The notes: generated from the sequence alone by a model not told the origin. DNA of 64,000 nucleotides from Crocinitomicaceae bacterium (GCA_965230585.1 CBDDLF010000007.1:68188-132187); one strand, 5' to 3'; positions 47,243-57,585 are shown, counted from the stretch's first letter. A program made the numbers and translations.

Positions 47243-47791
47243 TTCTCCGAAGCCGGAGGCGCAACGGCCAACAACATCGCCAAATGGGACGGCTCCCAAT
47301 GGTCTCCTCTCGGCACGGGGCTGGGCGACCAAGCTTATGCTTTGTACGCCTACGACGATGGCTCCGGCTCCGCCCTCTATGTCGGCGGCAATTTCACCAC
47401 CGCTGGGCCGACCAAGGCAGAACATCTCGCCAAGTGGGACGGGTCGGCTTGGGCGATGGTTGGCTCAGGCACCAACCGACCCGTTCGAGCCTTCAATAGT
47501 TTCGATGACGGCACAGGATCAGCTCTTTACATTGGAGGAGAATTCACCGCCGTTGACGGGGTCGCCGCCAATCGCATCGCCAAATGGAATGGGGGGGAGG
47601 GGATCGCCATAGAAATCGGCGGGCCCGCCAATCATCTTTTCGAAGGTGGGCTCACTGTCTCCCAAGATCCGGCCCCGTCGTTCGCCTCGCTGGACGGCGC
47701 GGATCTGGCATCCAGCGTCCAGATCCGCTCCGGCATCTTCGTCGACGGTTTCGAATCCGGCGACACCTCCCAGTGGACCGGCTCTGAATAA
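47243..47791 (+). pseudogene. Truncated paralog of the propeller-repeat gene (about 3 blades fused to the last 60 aa and tail)
   Basis: It reads FSEAGGATANNIAKWDGSQW...IAKWNGGEGIAIEIGGPANHLFEGGLTVSQDP...GIFVDGFESGDTSQWTGSE. It has no ATG and no signal peptide. The fusion point lies at a G-run near 47590. The tail segment is highly similar to 42435..42623. Confidence 0.7.
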
Positions 47792-48245
47792 ATCGTCGAA
47801 TTGACCCGGAACGGAGCCCGCCAAAGCGGCGTCTTCGTTCTCCGAAGGGATCTCATCCAATAGCCCAGGGTAGCCGGAGCGCCACCCTGGGCTCAAAGGT
47901 ATACGCATCTCGAATAGGCGCGACTGCTCTCGCGGGTTGAGGCCGAAAGGCAAAGGTAGTCGGGGGCGCCTAGCCTCGGAATTTATTCCGTGGCGGGGCC
48001 GCCCAGGCGCGGTGCGGCGAACGATATCGGTTCCTGTCTTCCTCGCGGGTGAGGCAGAAAGCTTCGCTAGGATTCGGTCAAAGACCCGAAAAAGCTCAAC
48101 ACCGTGTTCCAGTCTGGGAAGCTTTTGCGCGTCCTCAATAGTCAGCTATCTCTTTGGGAGGAGGCCGACGCCCCAAGGGTGATCCGGCAGGCATATGGTA
48201 CAGTTCTAGGGTAAATCCACCGCATATGAGAGGTTCGTCGAAGAG

Positions 48246-51200
48246 ATGACTCTGCCTTCCGGTTTGCCCCGTATCGGCACCTACCGCTTGAAGGAGTTGC
48301 TGGGCAGGGGCGGCATGGGCGAGGTGTTTCTCGCGTGGGACGAGCGCCTGGAACGCCATGTGGCGTTGAAGCGCGTCTTGCCGGATCCGCCACCCGACGA
48401 GCACGCAAGGCTTCGATTTCGTCGTGAAGCCAAGGCCGTAGCCCGGCTGAGCCACCCAGCGATCGTCCAGGTCTTCGAGTTGTTGGAAACCGAAGATACC
48501 GACTGCTTGGTGATGGAGCTGGTAGAAGGCCGCGGCTTGAAGGAGCTGATCGCGACCGGCGAGCTCGACGTGGTCTCGACCCTCCGTTTGGCCTGCGAGA
48601 TCGCTGACGGCTTGTCGGAGGCTCACGGCAAAGGGCTGATCCACCGCGATCTCAAACCCGAGAACGTTCGGGTCACCCCTTCCTTCCACGCCAAAATCCT
48701 AGACTTCGGTCTGGCGCGCCTGCTTTGGGGCGACGGCCTCGATCATGACAGCCTGGGAGCAGAACACGGAAAAGCTCTCACCAAATCCGGGGCTTTGGTC
48801 GGCACGGTTCACGCCATGTCTCCGGAGCAGGCCAGCGGCCGAGCGGTGGATCACCGTTCGGATCTTTTTGCGCTCGGTGGCTTGCTCTACGAGATGCTCT
48901 CGGGCGAGCCCCCATTCCGTGGCCACAACGTGCTCGACACCCTGCGGCGAGTGACCAGTGAATCGCCGACTCCTCTGAAGGAGCTGTGCCCGCACCTGGA
49001 TCTGGAGCTGGTGGACTTGGTGAATGCCCTACTGGCCAAAGAGCCGAACGAGCGTCCACAAAACGCACGCATGGTGGCCGACACCCTCGAACGGCTGCGC
49101 ATATCGGCCCAAACCGGCTCCGCTGCCCCTCTGCCGGTATCCCCCGGGCGAGCACCCGGCGCAAGAAAGCCCAGCTCCAGTGAGGAGGGTGTCGCGACCT
49201 CGGACCTAGCCGACCTGCCCACCGGTGAGTGGCCCAGCCCGGAAGATCTCCAGACGGCCGAAGGCGAGATCGAAACGGTGGTACGCGCCTTGTTGTTTAC
49301 CGACCTGGTGGACAGCACTCGCATGGTGGAGTCCCTAGGGGATGCACGGGCCGCCGAGATCTCCGCTCGCCACGACCGGGTGGCGAGGGATTTGATGGCC
49401 AACTATTCAGGGTTGGAAATCGACAAAACCGACGGCTTCTTGATGCTCTTTGAGCGTCCGTTCGATGCCGTGGCTTGTGCGCTGGCCTATCACCATGCGT
49501 TAGTGGACCTGTCCAACGAGCTCGGCGTGGAGCTGGCGGCCCGCGCCGCGGTGCACCTCGGGGAGCTGCGGCTTCGCCACAACTCACCGGACGACGTTTC
49601 CCGCGGTGCCAAACCCCTGGAAGTGGAAGGTCTCGCCAAACCCACGGCAGCACGTCTGATGGGCCTGGCCGGGGCTCGTCAAACCTTGCTCAGCCACAGC
49701 GCATTCGAGATGGCCAGACGCTCGGCCGTGGACGACGAGCGTTGGGACGACGACCTGCGCTGGCTGGCCCACGGTGAATATCAATTGCAAGGTGTCGACG
49801 ATCCCGTGCAGGTCTTCGAGGTGGGGGTGGCCGATTTCGCCCCCCTCGCTGCCCCGGCCGACTCCCCTAAGGCCCAACGCCGGGTCTCGGTCTCAGAAGA
49901 GATGATGCTCGGTTGGCGTCCCGCGCCGGGTCAAACGGTGCCTAGGCGACCCACTTGGCGGCTTGAGCAACGCCTGGGCGAGGGCGGCTTCGGCGAGGTC
50001 TGGCTCGCCGTGCACGAGTCGGGGGAGAAGAGGGTTTTCAAATTCTGCTTCGAAGCGTCCCGTTTGCGCGCCTTGAAGCGAGAGGTGACACTCTTTCGTT
50101 TGCTCAAAGAGGCCCTGGGCCACCGGGACGACATCGCCCGTGTGCTCGATTGGAGCTTCGACGCAGCTCCCTATTTTCTAGAAGCCGAGCACACCGAAGG
50201 CGGCGATTTGACGGCCTGGGCTGAAGAGCAGGGTGGCCTGGACGAGATTCCGCTCGCTACCCGAGTGGAGCTGGTGGCTCAAGTGGCCGACGCCCTGGCC
50301 GCCGCACACTCCGTGGGTGTCTTGCACAAAGATGTGAAACCGGAAAACGTGCTGATCACCCAAGATGTGAACGGCCATCCGCGGATCCGCCTCACGGATT
50401 TCGGAGTCGGCGCGCTGGTCGATCGATCCTTGCTCGAATCCCAAGGGTTGGCAGCCATCGGCTTCACCGCCACCTTGACCGAGGATGCGTCCAACGCCGG
50501 CAGTCGACGGTATATGGCTCCGGAGCTGCAAGAAGGCAAAACGGCCACCATACAAGCCGATTTATATTCCTTGGGGGTGATGCTGTACCAAGTCGTGGTC
50601 GGCGATTTTTCCCGCGCCCTCGCCCCGGGTTGGCAGCGAGACGTCGAAGATCCTCTACTGGCGCAAGACATCTCGTCCTTGGTGGACGGCTCGCCAAATG
50701 AGCGTCCAACCGCCGCCGGCCCCGTGGCTGAGCAGCTGCGGGCTTTGGACCGACGGCGAGCGGAGCTACAGGCGGCAGAACGAACGGATCGACGGCGACA
50801 CAGCCTGCGCATCGCGGGCATGGTGGCGGCCGTGCTCGTCTTGTTGCTCTCGGCCCTGCTGGTGCAATCCCAGCTCGCCCGCCGCCAAGCCGAGCATCTC
50901 CAAGGACGCGCCGAAGAGGCTCGGGAGCAAGCCGAAGACTTGATCGGCTTCATGCTCGGGGATTTGCAAGAGAAGCTACAAGCCATCGGTCGTCTGGATG
51001 CCCTCGAAGGCGCCGGCGAAAAAGCACTGACCTATTTCGACGCCTTGGGTGAAGAAGATCTAAACCCTCAAACCAGAACCCGCCACGCCAAAGCCCTGCA
51101 CCAAATGGGCGACGTGAAAATGGCCCAGGGAGATCTCGACGGTGCCTTGCAGCTCTTTCAGCAATCCCTGGCTCAAACCCAGGAGCTCGTGGACCAGGAG

Positions 51201-52367
51201 CCCGAGGATTTAAACGCTCTCTTCGAGCTCGGCCAGAGCCATTTTTGGGTGGGAAACGTCTATTGGCGTCAAGGTGATTTGGAGAAGGCTTTGCTCTATT
51301 CGGAGCAATATTTGGCGCTCTCTCAACGCTTGCTCGAATTGGAACCGGATCGAGGTGATTGGCAATTGGAGGTTTTCTATGGCTTCAACAACGTCGGAGA
51401 AGCTCATTTAGAAAAAGGGAATCTGGAGCTGGCGCTGGAGCAATTCAGGAAAGCGTCCGAGCTTGGGGCGCAAGCAGTCGAGCAAAACCCGAGCAGCACT
51501 TCCTGGCGTGAAGCGCTCGTCGGTTCGTCTTTGAAGGTTGCGTCGCTCCATCTCCACGCCGGCCGATTCGAGCCGGCGCTTCACCATACGGATGAGAGCA
51601 TTCGCAACCTGAATGAGCTCATGGATGAGGATTCTGGGGTAGCTCGCCGGCAGAGAAGGCTCTCAGTTGCCCATGATATTGCTGCGACGATTAAGCTTTA
51701 TCAAGGAGATCTCGCGGGTGCGCTGGACCATAGCCACAAAAACTTAGACCTGATCGAACGGTTGATTGCCGGTGATCCCGAAAACCAGGAATGGCAAAAC
51801 TTACAAATACAGGCCTGGACCCTTCAAGGAACACTGCAAGCCTATGCGGGGCATTCAGCGGCTGCGTGGCACCATTTGGAGAAGGCCCTCGCCCGTTCAG
51901 ACGAGATCTCCAACGACTCGTCCGACGCAGCTCGTCAAAGGACTCAGGTCAAAATTCTCGTCGCGTTTGGCCGTCAGCTGGCTGCCGAAGGAAGAATTGA
52001 CGAATCGAAACCCCTCGCCTTGCGCGCTTTGGACCTAATTCGACCCATTGCAGACCGTTCTGCGGAAGCAGGAGACCTCTCTTTGCTGGCTGACGCTCGA
52101 ATGCTTTGGGGACTCGTCTTGGCCGAGAACGGTGACCCCCAGCAAGCTTCACGAACGCTGCTACGAGCCAAGGAATCCCTTGCGGACTTGCCGAATCTTC
52201 GACCCAACGATTATTGGCGTCTAGTGGAGATCCATTTCAGGCTCGGACAGCCCGATAAGGCGCGGCTTCATGCATTTACTCTTCTGGGCATGGGCTTTCA
52301 GCACCCACGTTTCCTGGAACGATGCTCTGCTTTCGGTTGGGATCTTCCCGTAACAAATAATTCTTGA
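48246..52367 (+). CDS. Multidomain signalling protein: Ser/Thr kinase, class III nucleotidyl cyclase, second Ser/Thr kinase, TM helix, TPR array
   Basis: Kinase 1 has GRGGMGEVF, VALK, HRDLKPENV and DFG. The cyclase region has LLFTDLVDSTRM and KTDGFLMLF. Kinase 2 has GEGGFGEVW, FKF, HKDVKPENV and DFG. The TM helix is IAGMVAAVLVLLLSALLV. About 450 aa of TPR-like repeats follow. Confidence 0.9.
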   Translation: MTLPSGLPRIGTYRLKELLGRGGMGEVFLAWDERLERHVALKRVLPDPPPDEHARLRFRREAKAVARLSHPAIVQVFELLETEDTDCLVMELVEGRGLKELIATGELDVVSTLRLACEIADGLSEAHGKGLIHRDLKPENVRVTPSFHAKILDFGLARLLWGDGLDHDSLGAEHGKALTKSGALVGTVHAMSPEQASGRAVDHRSDLFALGGLLYEMLSGEPPFRGHNVLDTLRRVTSESPTPLKELCPHLDLELVDLVNALLAKEPNERPQNARMVADTLERLRISAQTGSAAPLPVSPGRAPGARKPSSSEEGVATSDLADLPTGEWPSPEDLQTAEGEIETVVRALLFTDLVDSTRMVESLGDARAAEISARHDRVARDLMANYSGLEIDKTDGFLMLFERPFDAVACALAYHHALVDLSNELGVELAARAAVHLGELRLRHNSPDDVSRGAKPLEVEGLAKPTAARLMGLAGARQTLLSHSAFEMARRSAVDDERWDDDLRWLAHGEYQLQGVDDPVQVFEVGVADFAPLAAPADSPKAQRRVSVSEEMMLGWRPAPGQTVPRRPTWRLEQRLGEGGFGEVWLAVHESGEKRVFKFCFEASRLRALKREVTLFRLLKEALGHRDDIARVLDWSFDAAPYFLEAEHTEGGDLTAWAEEQGGLDEIPLATRVELVAQVADALAAAHSVGVLHKDVKPENVLITQDVNGHPRIRLTDFGVGALVDRSLLESQGLAAIGFTATLTEDASNAGSRRYMAPELQEGKTATIQADLYSLGVMLYQVVVGDFSRALAPGWQRDVEDPLLAQDISSLVDGSPNERPTAAGPVAEQLRALDRRRAELQAAERTDRRRHSLRIAGMVAAVLVLLLSALLVQSQLARRQAEHLQGRAEEAREQAEDLIGFMLGDLQEKLQAIGRLDALEGAGEKALTYFDALGEEDLNPQTRTRHAKALHQMGDVKMAQGDLDGALQLFQQSLAQTQELVDQEPEDLNALFELGQSHFWVGNVYWRQGDLEKALLYSEQYLALSQRLLELEPDRGDWQLEVFYGFNNVGEAHLEKGNLELALEQFRKASELGAQAVEQNPSSTSWREALVGSSLKVASLHLHAGRFEPALHHTDESIRNLNELMDEDSGVARRQRRLSVAHDIAATIKLYQGDLAGALDHSHKNLDLIERLIAGDPENQEWQNLQIQAWTLQGTLQAYAGHSAAAWHHLEKALARSDEISNDSSDAARQRTQVKILVAFGRQLAAEGRIDESKPLALRALDLIRPIADRSAEAGDLSLLADARMLWGLVLAENGDPQQASRTLLRAKESLADLPNLRPNDYWRLVEIHFRLGQPDKARLHAFTLLGMGFQHPRFLERCSAFGWDLPVTNNS

Positions 52368-52376
52368 GGAGGCGCT

Positions 52377-53069
52377 ATGACAGCTGCCACAATTACCGCG
52401 ACGAATCTTAAACTCACTCTGACTCTTCAGGACAAAAGACCGGATAAACCGTCTCTCGGAGCCGACGGACGACATTTTGTTCACGTGACCAATGCAACCA
52501 CCACCACTACTGACACTAACGGCACGAAAAATACCCAACCGCAGAAAAATAGTGGTGACGACACCCCAGACCTATTTATCCATCCGCCGACGGCTACCAA
52601 TACCATCGAATGGGCTCTTGCGAAGGCAACGTTGGCGACAGGAGTAACAACACCCCCCCCTTGGTGGAACGACACTTACATCATGGGCATTGTCGTTCAA
52701 GCCGCACGCGCGTCGCAGTCCAACAACCAGGGTGGGGCGTCTTTCACCGCTGTCGCTCCAGCAGTGTACAGGTCGTCCCCTTGGGCTGGGCCTCACGGTG
52801 TCACTCCCGGCAACAGTTTGACCCCTTACCTGCTTCTAGCCCCAACCAATACGACTTTTAAGCTCACGGTGGCCACGTCGTCCCGAACCATAGAAGGCGT
52901 GGACGTAGTAAGCTCGTTCTATGATGCCTCAAAGGCCGTCAAGTTGCCTGGAGAACCGGACAAGACCATTCTTGATTTTAGTTTTGACTACAGAGTTTAT
53001 TTCTACACCAAGGATCTCGGCGTATGGTACGTCGATCCTATGTTCGATGTGCGACCCGTGTCCCCCTAG
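52377..53069 (+). CDS. Hypothetical Thr/Asn-rich protein, no signal peptide
   Basis: The ATG lies 10 nt after the kinase stop with a GGAGG RBS. G+C is visibly lower. I recognise no family. The CDS contains a C8 run at 52653..52660. Confidence 0.6.
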   Translation: MTAATITATNLKLTLTLQDKRPDKPSLGADGRHFVHVTNATTTTTDTNGTKNTQPQKNSGDDTPDLFIHPPTATNTIEWALAKATLATGVTTPPPWWNDTYIMGIVVQAARASQSNNQGGASFTAVAPAVYRSSPWAGPHGVTPGNSLTPYLLLAPTNTTFKLTVATSSRTIEGVDVVSSFYDASKAVKLPGEPDKTILDFSFDYRVYFYTKDLGVWYVDPMFDVRPVSP

Positions 53070-53095
53070 ACTTGATAGTCAAAAGGAGAAAGAGC

Positions 53096-53653
53096 TTGAA
53101 CACTCAAAGACTGCTACTTTTTTTGGTGATGGTCCTCGTTTTTAGCGCATCCTCGCCATCCTTCGCTGAAACCCAGCAAAAACCGTTCTGCAACATTGTG
53201 CGGGGCTCGACCGTGACCACGGTCAGCCACGGCCAAACCGTTTCGCAGCGATTCAAGATCAGTTGCGGCAGCACGGTCTACCGATCCCAGATTAAGATTT
53301 CTACCACTGCCTACACGGGTACCTCCCAAGGTCACAAGCTTTGTAAATACGAAAACAACTCTGAGACAAACAAAGCCGGATCTGCTCGGCTTGTCATCGC
53401 CTACGGACCTCCCAGCAAGGCACCTTCCAAGGCCCGATGCACCTGGAAGGTGTACACCACCAAGAATCCAGACGTGACCTCTCGATTTCGTTTCGTCAGA
53501 GGCAGCCTGCCGGTGGAGCTGACGGCGGATTCGGTGGAGGAAGAGCATGGGCTCCCCAACGAAAAGGACGCGAAGCCCGCTGGCGAGAAAAACAAGGAAA
53601 ATGAGGAGAAAAAACCCGCTGCCGAGAAAGGCAAGGCCTCTCAAGGGGTCTGA
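53096..53653 (+). CDS. Hypothetical secreted 4-Cys protein with Lys/Glu-rich tail
   Basis: The TTG start lies 7 nt after AAAGGAG. The signal peptide is NTQRLLLFLVMVLVFSASSPSFA. The C-terminus reads EKDAKPAGEKNKENEEKKPAAEKGK. Confidence 0.55.
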   Translation: MNTQRLLLFLVMVLVFSASSPSFAETQQKPFCNIVRGSTVTTVSHGQTVSQRFKISCGSTVYRSQIKISTTAYTGTSQGHKLCKYENNSETNKAGSARLVIAYGPPSKAPSKARCTWKVYTTKNPDVTSRFRFVRGSLPVELTADSVEEEHGLPNEKDAKPAGEKNKENEEKKPAAEKGKASQGV

Positions 53654-53695
53654 GAGGCGAAGCTTCGCTAAAGCTCTGGTCGAGTTTGACCCGGG

Positions 53696-55429
53696 TCAGC
53701 CGGCCAACAAATGCCGGCAAGTCGTTTCGTGGAATTCAAATGCCTGCGCGCGGAGACGCTCCTGGACGATTTGGCGATAGATCTCCTGCCCGTGCCGGCC
53801 GAGGTACTCCCGACGAACGGCATCCGCCGCCTCGTCGAAGCTCAAAAGGCGCGGCTCCTCGCGCTCCTCCACAGCGGCCAGGAAGAAGGCATCGTCCTGC
53901 CGGAACGGAGATGTGAATTCCCCGGAATGCACCCGAGCCAGCAGCTCGGGCAGCTTCCAGGGAACATTGGACGGTAGCTCGTCGAGGCTTCGCCAGCCGA
54001 GATCTTCCAGCTCGCCACCAAGCTGCTCGACGGCCTGCTCAAGCTCTATTTCGTTGGAGCTGAGTGCTCGGTAGAGCCCCTCTAAACGTGCCATTTGCTG
54101 TGGAGGATTGGGGCCGTAGGGGCAACGCCACAAGCGAAGACGAAAGCGTAGCTTGCTTTGAAATATCGCCCTGTGATCGTAGAAATACGATTTCAGATCT
54201 TCCTGCGAAATCGAGGAGCTTTCTTCCATCTCTCGGTTGAGATGCCGATCCACGAGCAGGGTCGGGGCCGCCGCCTCCAACGCTTCTGAGGCTTCGACAC
54301 GTATTTTCTGATCTTCTGGGTTGTCCGATTCGAGGATCAAATGATGCAGCCTCGCTCGCCGAACGCGCCGCTGATAGAGCTCAAATAGAGCATCTTGGAA
54401 TTCTTGCTCCTGATCCGAAACCCTGTCGAGGGGATGAAGCCCGGCCATGCTCTTGAATTCTTCGGCATCGAGATCGACGCTACCCAGCTTTAAGACCGGT
54501 CCGGATCCATCGACGGCAGCCATCAGCTCGTCTCGGCCCAAGATCATGGCTCCCTCAGGCTGAGGCAGCTCAGCGAGCTTCTGGGTAACGATCTCCTCCA
54601 TCCGCTCAGCTCGCAATCGGCCCTCAATCGATGCCTTTGCCTCGTTGTATGGAATATCAAAGCCGGGATCCGAGTCGCGCACTTGAAGCAGCACCGCCCC
54701 TCCCTTGACTCGAATAGGATCGCTCAGCTCTCCGTCGTCCAAAGCGAAGGCGGCTTTCTCCAGGTTCGGGGGCAGGTCGCCCTCCTCGATGAGGCCGATC
54801 CACCCGCCCTTGAGTCGAGTTTCCGAGTGCGAGTATTGCTCGGCAATGTCGCTAAAGCTCTCTCCCGTCTCGATTCGATCCCGAAGCTCCTTCAAGAGCT
54901 TGATGGTGTTCTCGGGAAAAGCCGGATCCTCGTGGCGGCGGAATAGGCTCAACAATGTGATTCGGCTGGGTTGCCGAAACTCCCCTGGATGAGAGCCAAA
55001 ATAGGCTTCCAACTGCTGCTCCTCGATGGTTATGGTCCTCCCGAGGGCTTCAAAATAAAGACCGAGAAGCGTATTTCTTTCCAACTCCGGCTCTTCGACC
55101 AGTAGTTGATCGATGGCGGTCTCGAGATCGTCTATCTCCGCGAGCACCAAGCGCTCTATTGCAATGGTTTCTGCCACTTCGCGATAGCACTCCACGACCT
55201 CGTCCAAGGTACCTTGGGATTGCCGCATGACCTGGCAAGCCGGGGTATTCTGCCCAGCTAGTCGCGATTCGATGTCCGCTAAGCCGAGCTGTCCTCCCCG
55301 CCAAGTGGCGATGGCGTCGGGAGGCGGTGCCGGTGCCGGCGGGGGCGCTTCTGGTGTTTTCCCTTCGCAGCCCATGAGCCACAGCATGCAAACCCAGATC
55401 ACGGCGGCATGAGCCCTACAACGATTCAT
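53696..55429 (-). CDS. Parvulin-type peptidyl-prolyl isomerase lipoprotein (SurA/PpiD-like)
   Basis: The lipobox is LMGC. The parvulin region reads FSDIAEQYSHSETRLKGGWIGLIEEGDLPPNLEKAAFAL..GELSDPIRVKGGAVLLQV. Confidence 0.85.
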   Translation of the reverse strand: MNRCRAHAAVIWVCMLWLMGCEGKTPEAPPPAPAPPPDAIATWRGGQLGLADIESRLAGQNTPACQVMRQSQGTLDEVVECYREVAETIAIERLVLAEIDDLETAIDQLLVEEPELERNTLLGLYFEALGRTITIEEQQLEAYFGSHPGEFRQPSRITLLSLFRRHEDPAFPENTIKLLKELRDRIETGESFSDIAEQYSHSETRLKGGWIGLIEEGDLPPNLEKAAFALDDGELSDPIRVKGGAVLLQVRDSDPGFDIPYNEAKASIEGRLRAERMEEIVTQKLAELPQPEGAMILGRDELMAAVDGSGPVLKLGSVDLDAEEFKSMAGLHPLDRVSDQEQEFQDALFELYQRRVRRARLHHLILESDNPEDQKIRVEASEALEAAAPTLLVDRHLNREMEESSSISQEDLKSYFYDHRAIFQSKLRFRLRLWRCPYGPNPPQQMARLEGLYRALSSNEIELEQAVEQLGGELEDLGWRSLDELPSNVPWKLPELLARVHSGEFTSPFRQDDAFFLAAVEEREEPRLLSFDEAADAVRREYLGRHGQEIYRQIVQERLRAQAFEFHETTCRHLLAG

Positions 55430-57585
55430 TCTCCATCCTCAGGAAGGGCCAACTCTTCGAGCACCTCGGAGACCTGCGCTTGAATGTTTGGCGCGGATAG
55501 ACAAGCTTCCTTGAGCTCGAGACCCATTCGCGATGCTTCGTCACGTCGATCCAGGCTCAACAAGATCTTTACGTGCTCAAGACGAGCTTTACAAAACCAT
55601 GGAGCGAGCCGCAAGACTCGCTCTACAAGCGATAGTGCCTGATCACCTCGGTGGGTTTGATGCAAAAGTTCTGCGTAGCTCAACAGCCCCTCGACCCCGA
55701 CTGGAAAATCGCTGATCCACTTCAAATAGATGGCTTCGGCTTTTTCTACATCTCCGGAAGAAGCAAGATGCTCAGCCCACATTAGCCGGACACCACGATG
55801 TTTCTCGTCCATCTCCAGGGCCCGTTTCAGCTCCGCTTCAAGGCCCCCATGATCCCCTCGCTCGCGACGCATCTCAGCAAGGGCCCATCGCCCGTTGAGG
55901 GTTTCGAAGGCTGAAACCAACCGCTCCGCCATGGCCAAGCCTCTGTTCTGATCGCCGGCGTCGAAGAGGGCGCTTCCGACCCCTAAGAAATCGTCGAGAT
56001 TGGCGCTGGAGACCTGTTCGGCACCTTCTACAATCTCCGCTGCCTTCTCCAGCTCACCAAGGCCCACGTAGGCAGCCGCTAGGCGACCCTGGTAGTAGGG
56101 ATTACTAGGGTCGCCTTCGAGCAACTTGAGGGCGGTTCGAACCGCCGGACGGTAGCGGCCGGTGCTCAGCTGGTTGCGCAGACGGGTCATCAGATTGATG
56201 TCGCCGACCCGATCTTGGGGCACGGCACCCTCGGTGCTCAGGGTCTCGGCCACGGCGGGGGGTGCGTCGCCCGTGGACGAGAGGTAACCCAGAGCTTCGA
56301 GGCCCGCGCGGGTTTCGTCGTCGACCTCGTGGACGGCGGCTGCGGCTCCGGCGTCGGCGTGCTCGTTGAGGAAGCTTTGCAGGGCTCGTTCAAAGCGTCC
56401 ACGTTCTTCCGGCAGCTCGGCTGAAAGATCGCGCAGCTCCCCGGGATCTTCTTCCAAGTTGAAGAGCTCCGGCCGTGGACCATGGATGTATTTGTAGGGT
56501 CCGCGGTAGAGGGCCCGCAGCTCACCCACGCCGTGGGAGAGACGGGGAGAAAGGCTTTCTGAATAGTAGCTCCGGGCCTCGCTGCTGCGCTCCGCACCCA
56601 GCATCAGCGAGGCCAAGGACCGTCCTTGGAACCGTTCCTCTGAGATATCGAATCCCAGAAGATCGAGAATGGTCGGCACGATGTCGACGGTGCCCACCCG
56701 TTCGGCGACGCGGCGCCCCGCGGAGGTCGGCTCGCCCGGAATGTTGAAAATCAGCGGCACATGCAAAGTGGATCCGTAGGCCAGGTAAGCATGCGTGGCT
56801 TCGTGATGGTCGAAACGACTCTCGCCGTGATCCGCCACCATCACCACCAGGGTACGATCGAGCTCTCCGCCTTCGTCGATCGCCTTGAGCAAGGCGCCGA
56901 GGCTCTGATCGGCATAGGCAATCTCCCCCTGATACAAATCGTGCGCGAAGAGCTGATCATAAGGTGAAGGAGGGATGTGGGGCTCGTGGGGATCCCAATA
57001 ATGCAGCCAGGCAAAAAACGGCCGGCCAGTCTCCATGTGCTGACGCAACCAGGGCAGGATGGCGTCGTTGACGTGACCGGCCGGACGTTCGTTGTACCAG
57101 CTACGGCGCCGATGGGCAGCGGGACGCCCACGATGGTCCAGACTGCTCGACTTCAAATCGTCGTCGTAAAAATCGAAACCTTGGCTGCTACCGAAACTGG
57201 CCACCAACGGAAATCCACCCACGGCCGCGCCCGTGGCGTAACCCCGATCCTTGAGCAGCTCGGCGAGCGTGCGACTCTGGTCAGGCAATCGAAAGAGCAG
57301 ATTGTCGCGGACTCCGTGGGCCATCGGGTAGACGCCGGTCAGGATGGTCGCGTGAGCGGCCTGGGTCACCGGATTGGAGGCCATGGCCTGTTCAAATAAA
57401 AACCCCTCGCTCGCCAGGCGATCGAGGTGAGGGGTTTTGGCATCGGGCTTGCCGTAGCAGCCGAGAAAGTCGGCTCGCGTGGTGTCGAAGGTAAAGAGCA
57501 CCACATTCCAAGGCCTCTGCTCGCCACAGCCACCGGCAGCCAGGACGACCCACACCCAAAGTAGGACCCTAAATCGACGCATCAT
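55426..57585 (-). CDS. Sulfatase-like (alkaline-phosphatase superfamily) enzyme with C-terminal TPR region
   Basis: NVVLFTFDTTRADFLGCYG...HLDRLASEGFLF...TQAAHATILTG is followed by TPR-like repeats. Its stop overlaps the next gene's start by 4 nt. Confidence 0.85.
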   Translation of the reverse strand: MMRRFRVLLWVWVVLAAGGCGEQRPWNVVLFTFDTTRADFLGCYGKPDAKTPHLDRLASEGFLFEQAMASNPVTQAAHATILTGVYPMAHGVRDNLLFRLPDQSRTLAELLKDRGYATGAAVGGFPLVASFGSSQGFDFYDDDLKSSSLDHRGRPAAHRRRSWYNERPAGHVNDAILPWLRQHMETGRPFFAWLHYWDPHEPHIPPSPYDQLFAHDLYQGEIAYADQSLGALLKAIDEGGELDRTLVVMVADHGESRFDHHEATHAYLAYGSTLHVPLIFNIPGEPTSAGRRVAERVGTVDIVPTILDLLGFDISEERFQGRSLASLMLGAERSSEARSYYSESLSPRLSHGVGELRALYRGPYKYIHGPRPELFNLEEDPGELRDLSAELPEERGRFERALQSFLNEHADAGAAAAVHEVDDETRAGLEALGYLSSTGDAPPAVAETLSTEGAVPQDRVGDINLMTRLRNQLSTGRYRPAVRTALKLLEGDPSNPYYQGRLAAAYVGLGELEKAAEIVEGAEQVSSANLDDFLGVGSALFDAGDQNRGLAMAERLVSAFETLNGRWALAEMRRERGDHGGLEAELKRALEMDEKHRGVRLMWAEHLASSGDVEKAEAIYLKWISDFPVGVEGLLSYAELLHQTHRGDQALSLVERVLRLAPWFCKARLEHVKILLSLDRRDEASRMGLELKEACLSAPNIQAQVSEVLEELALPEDGE

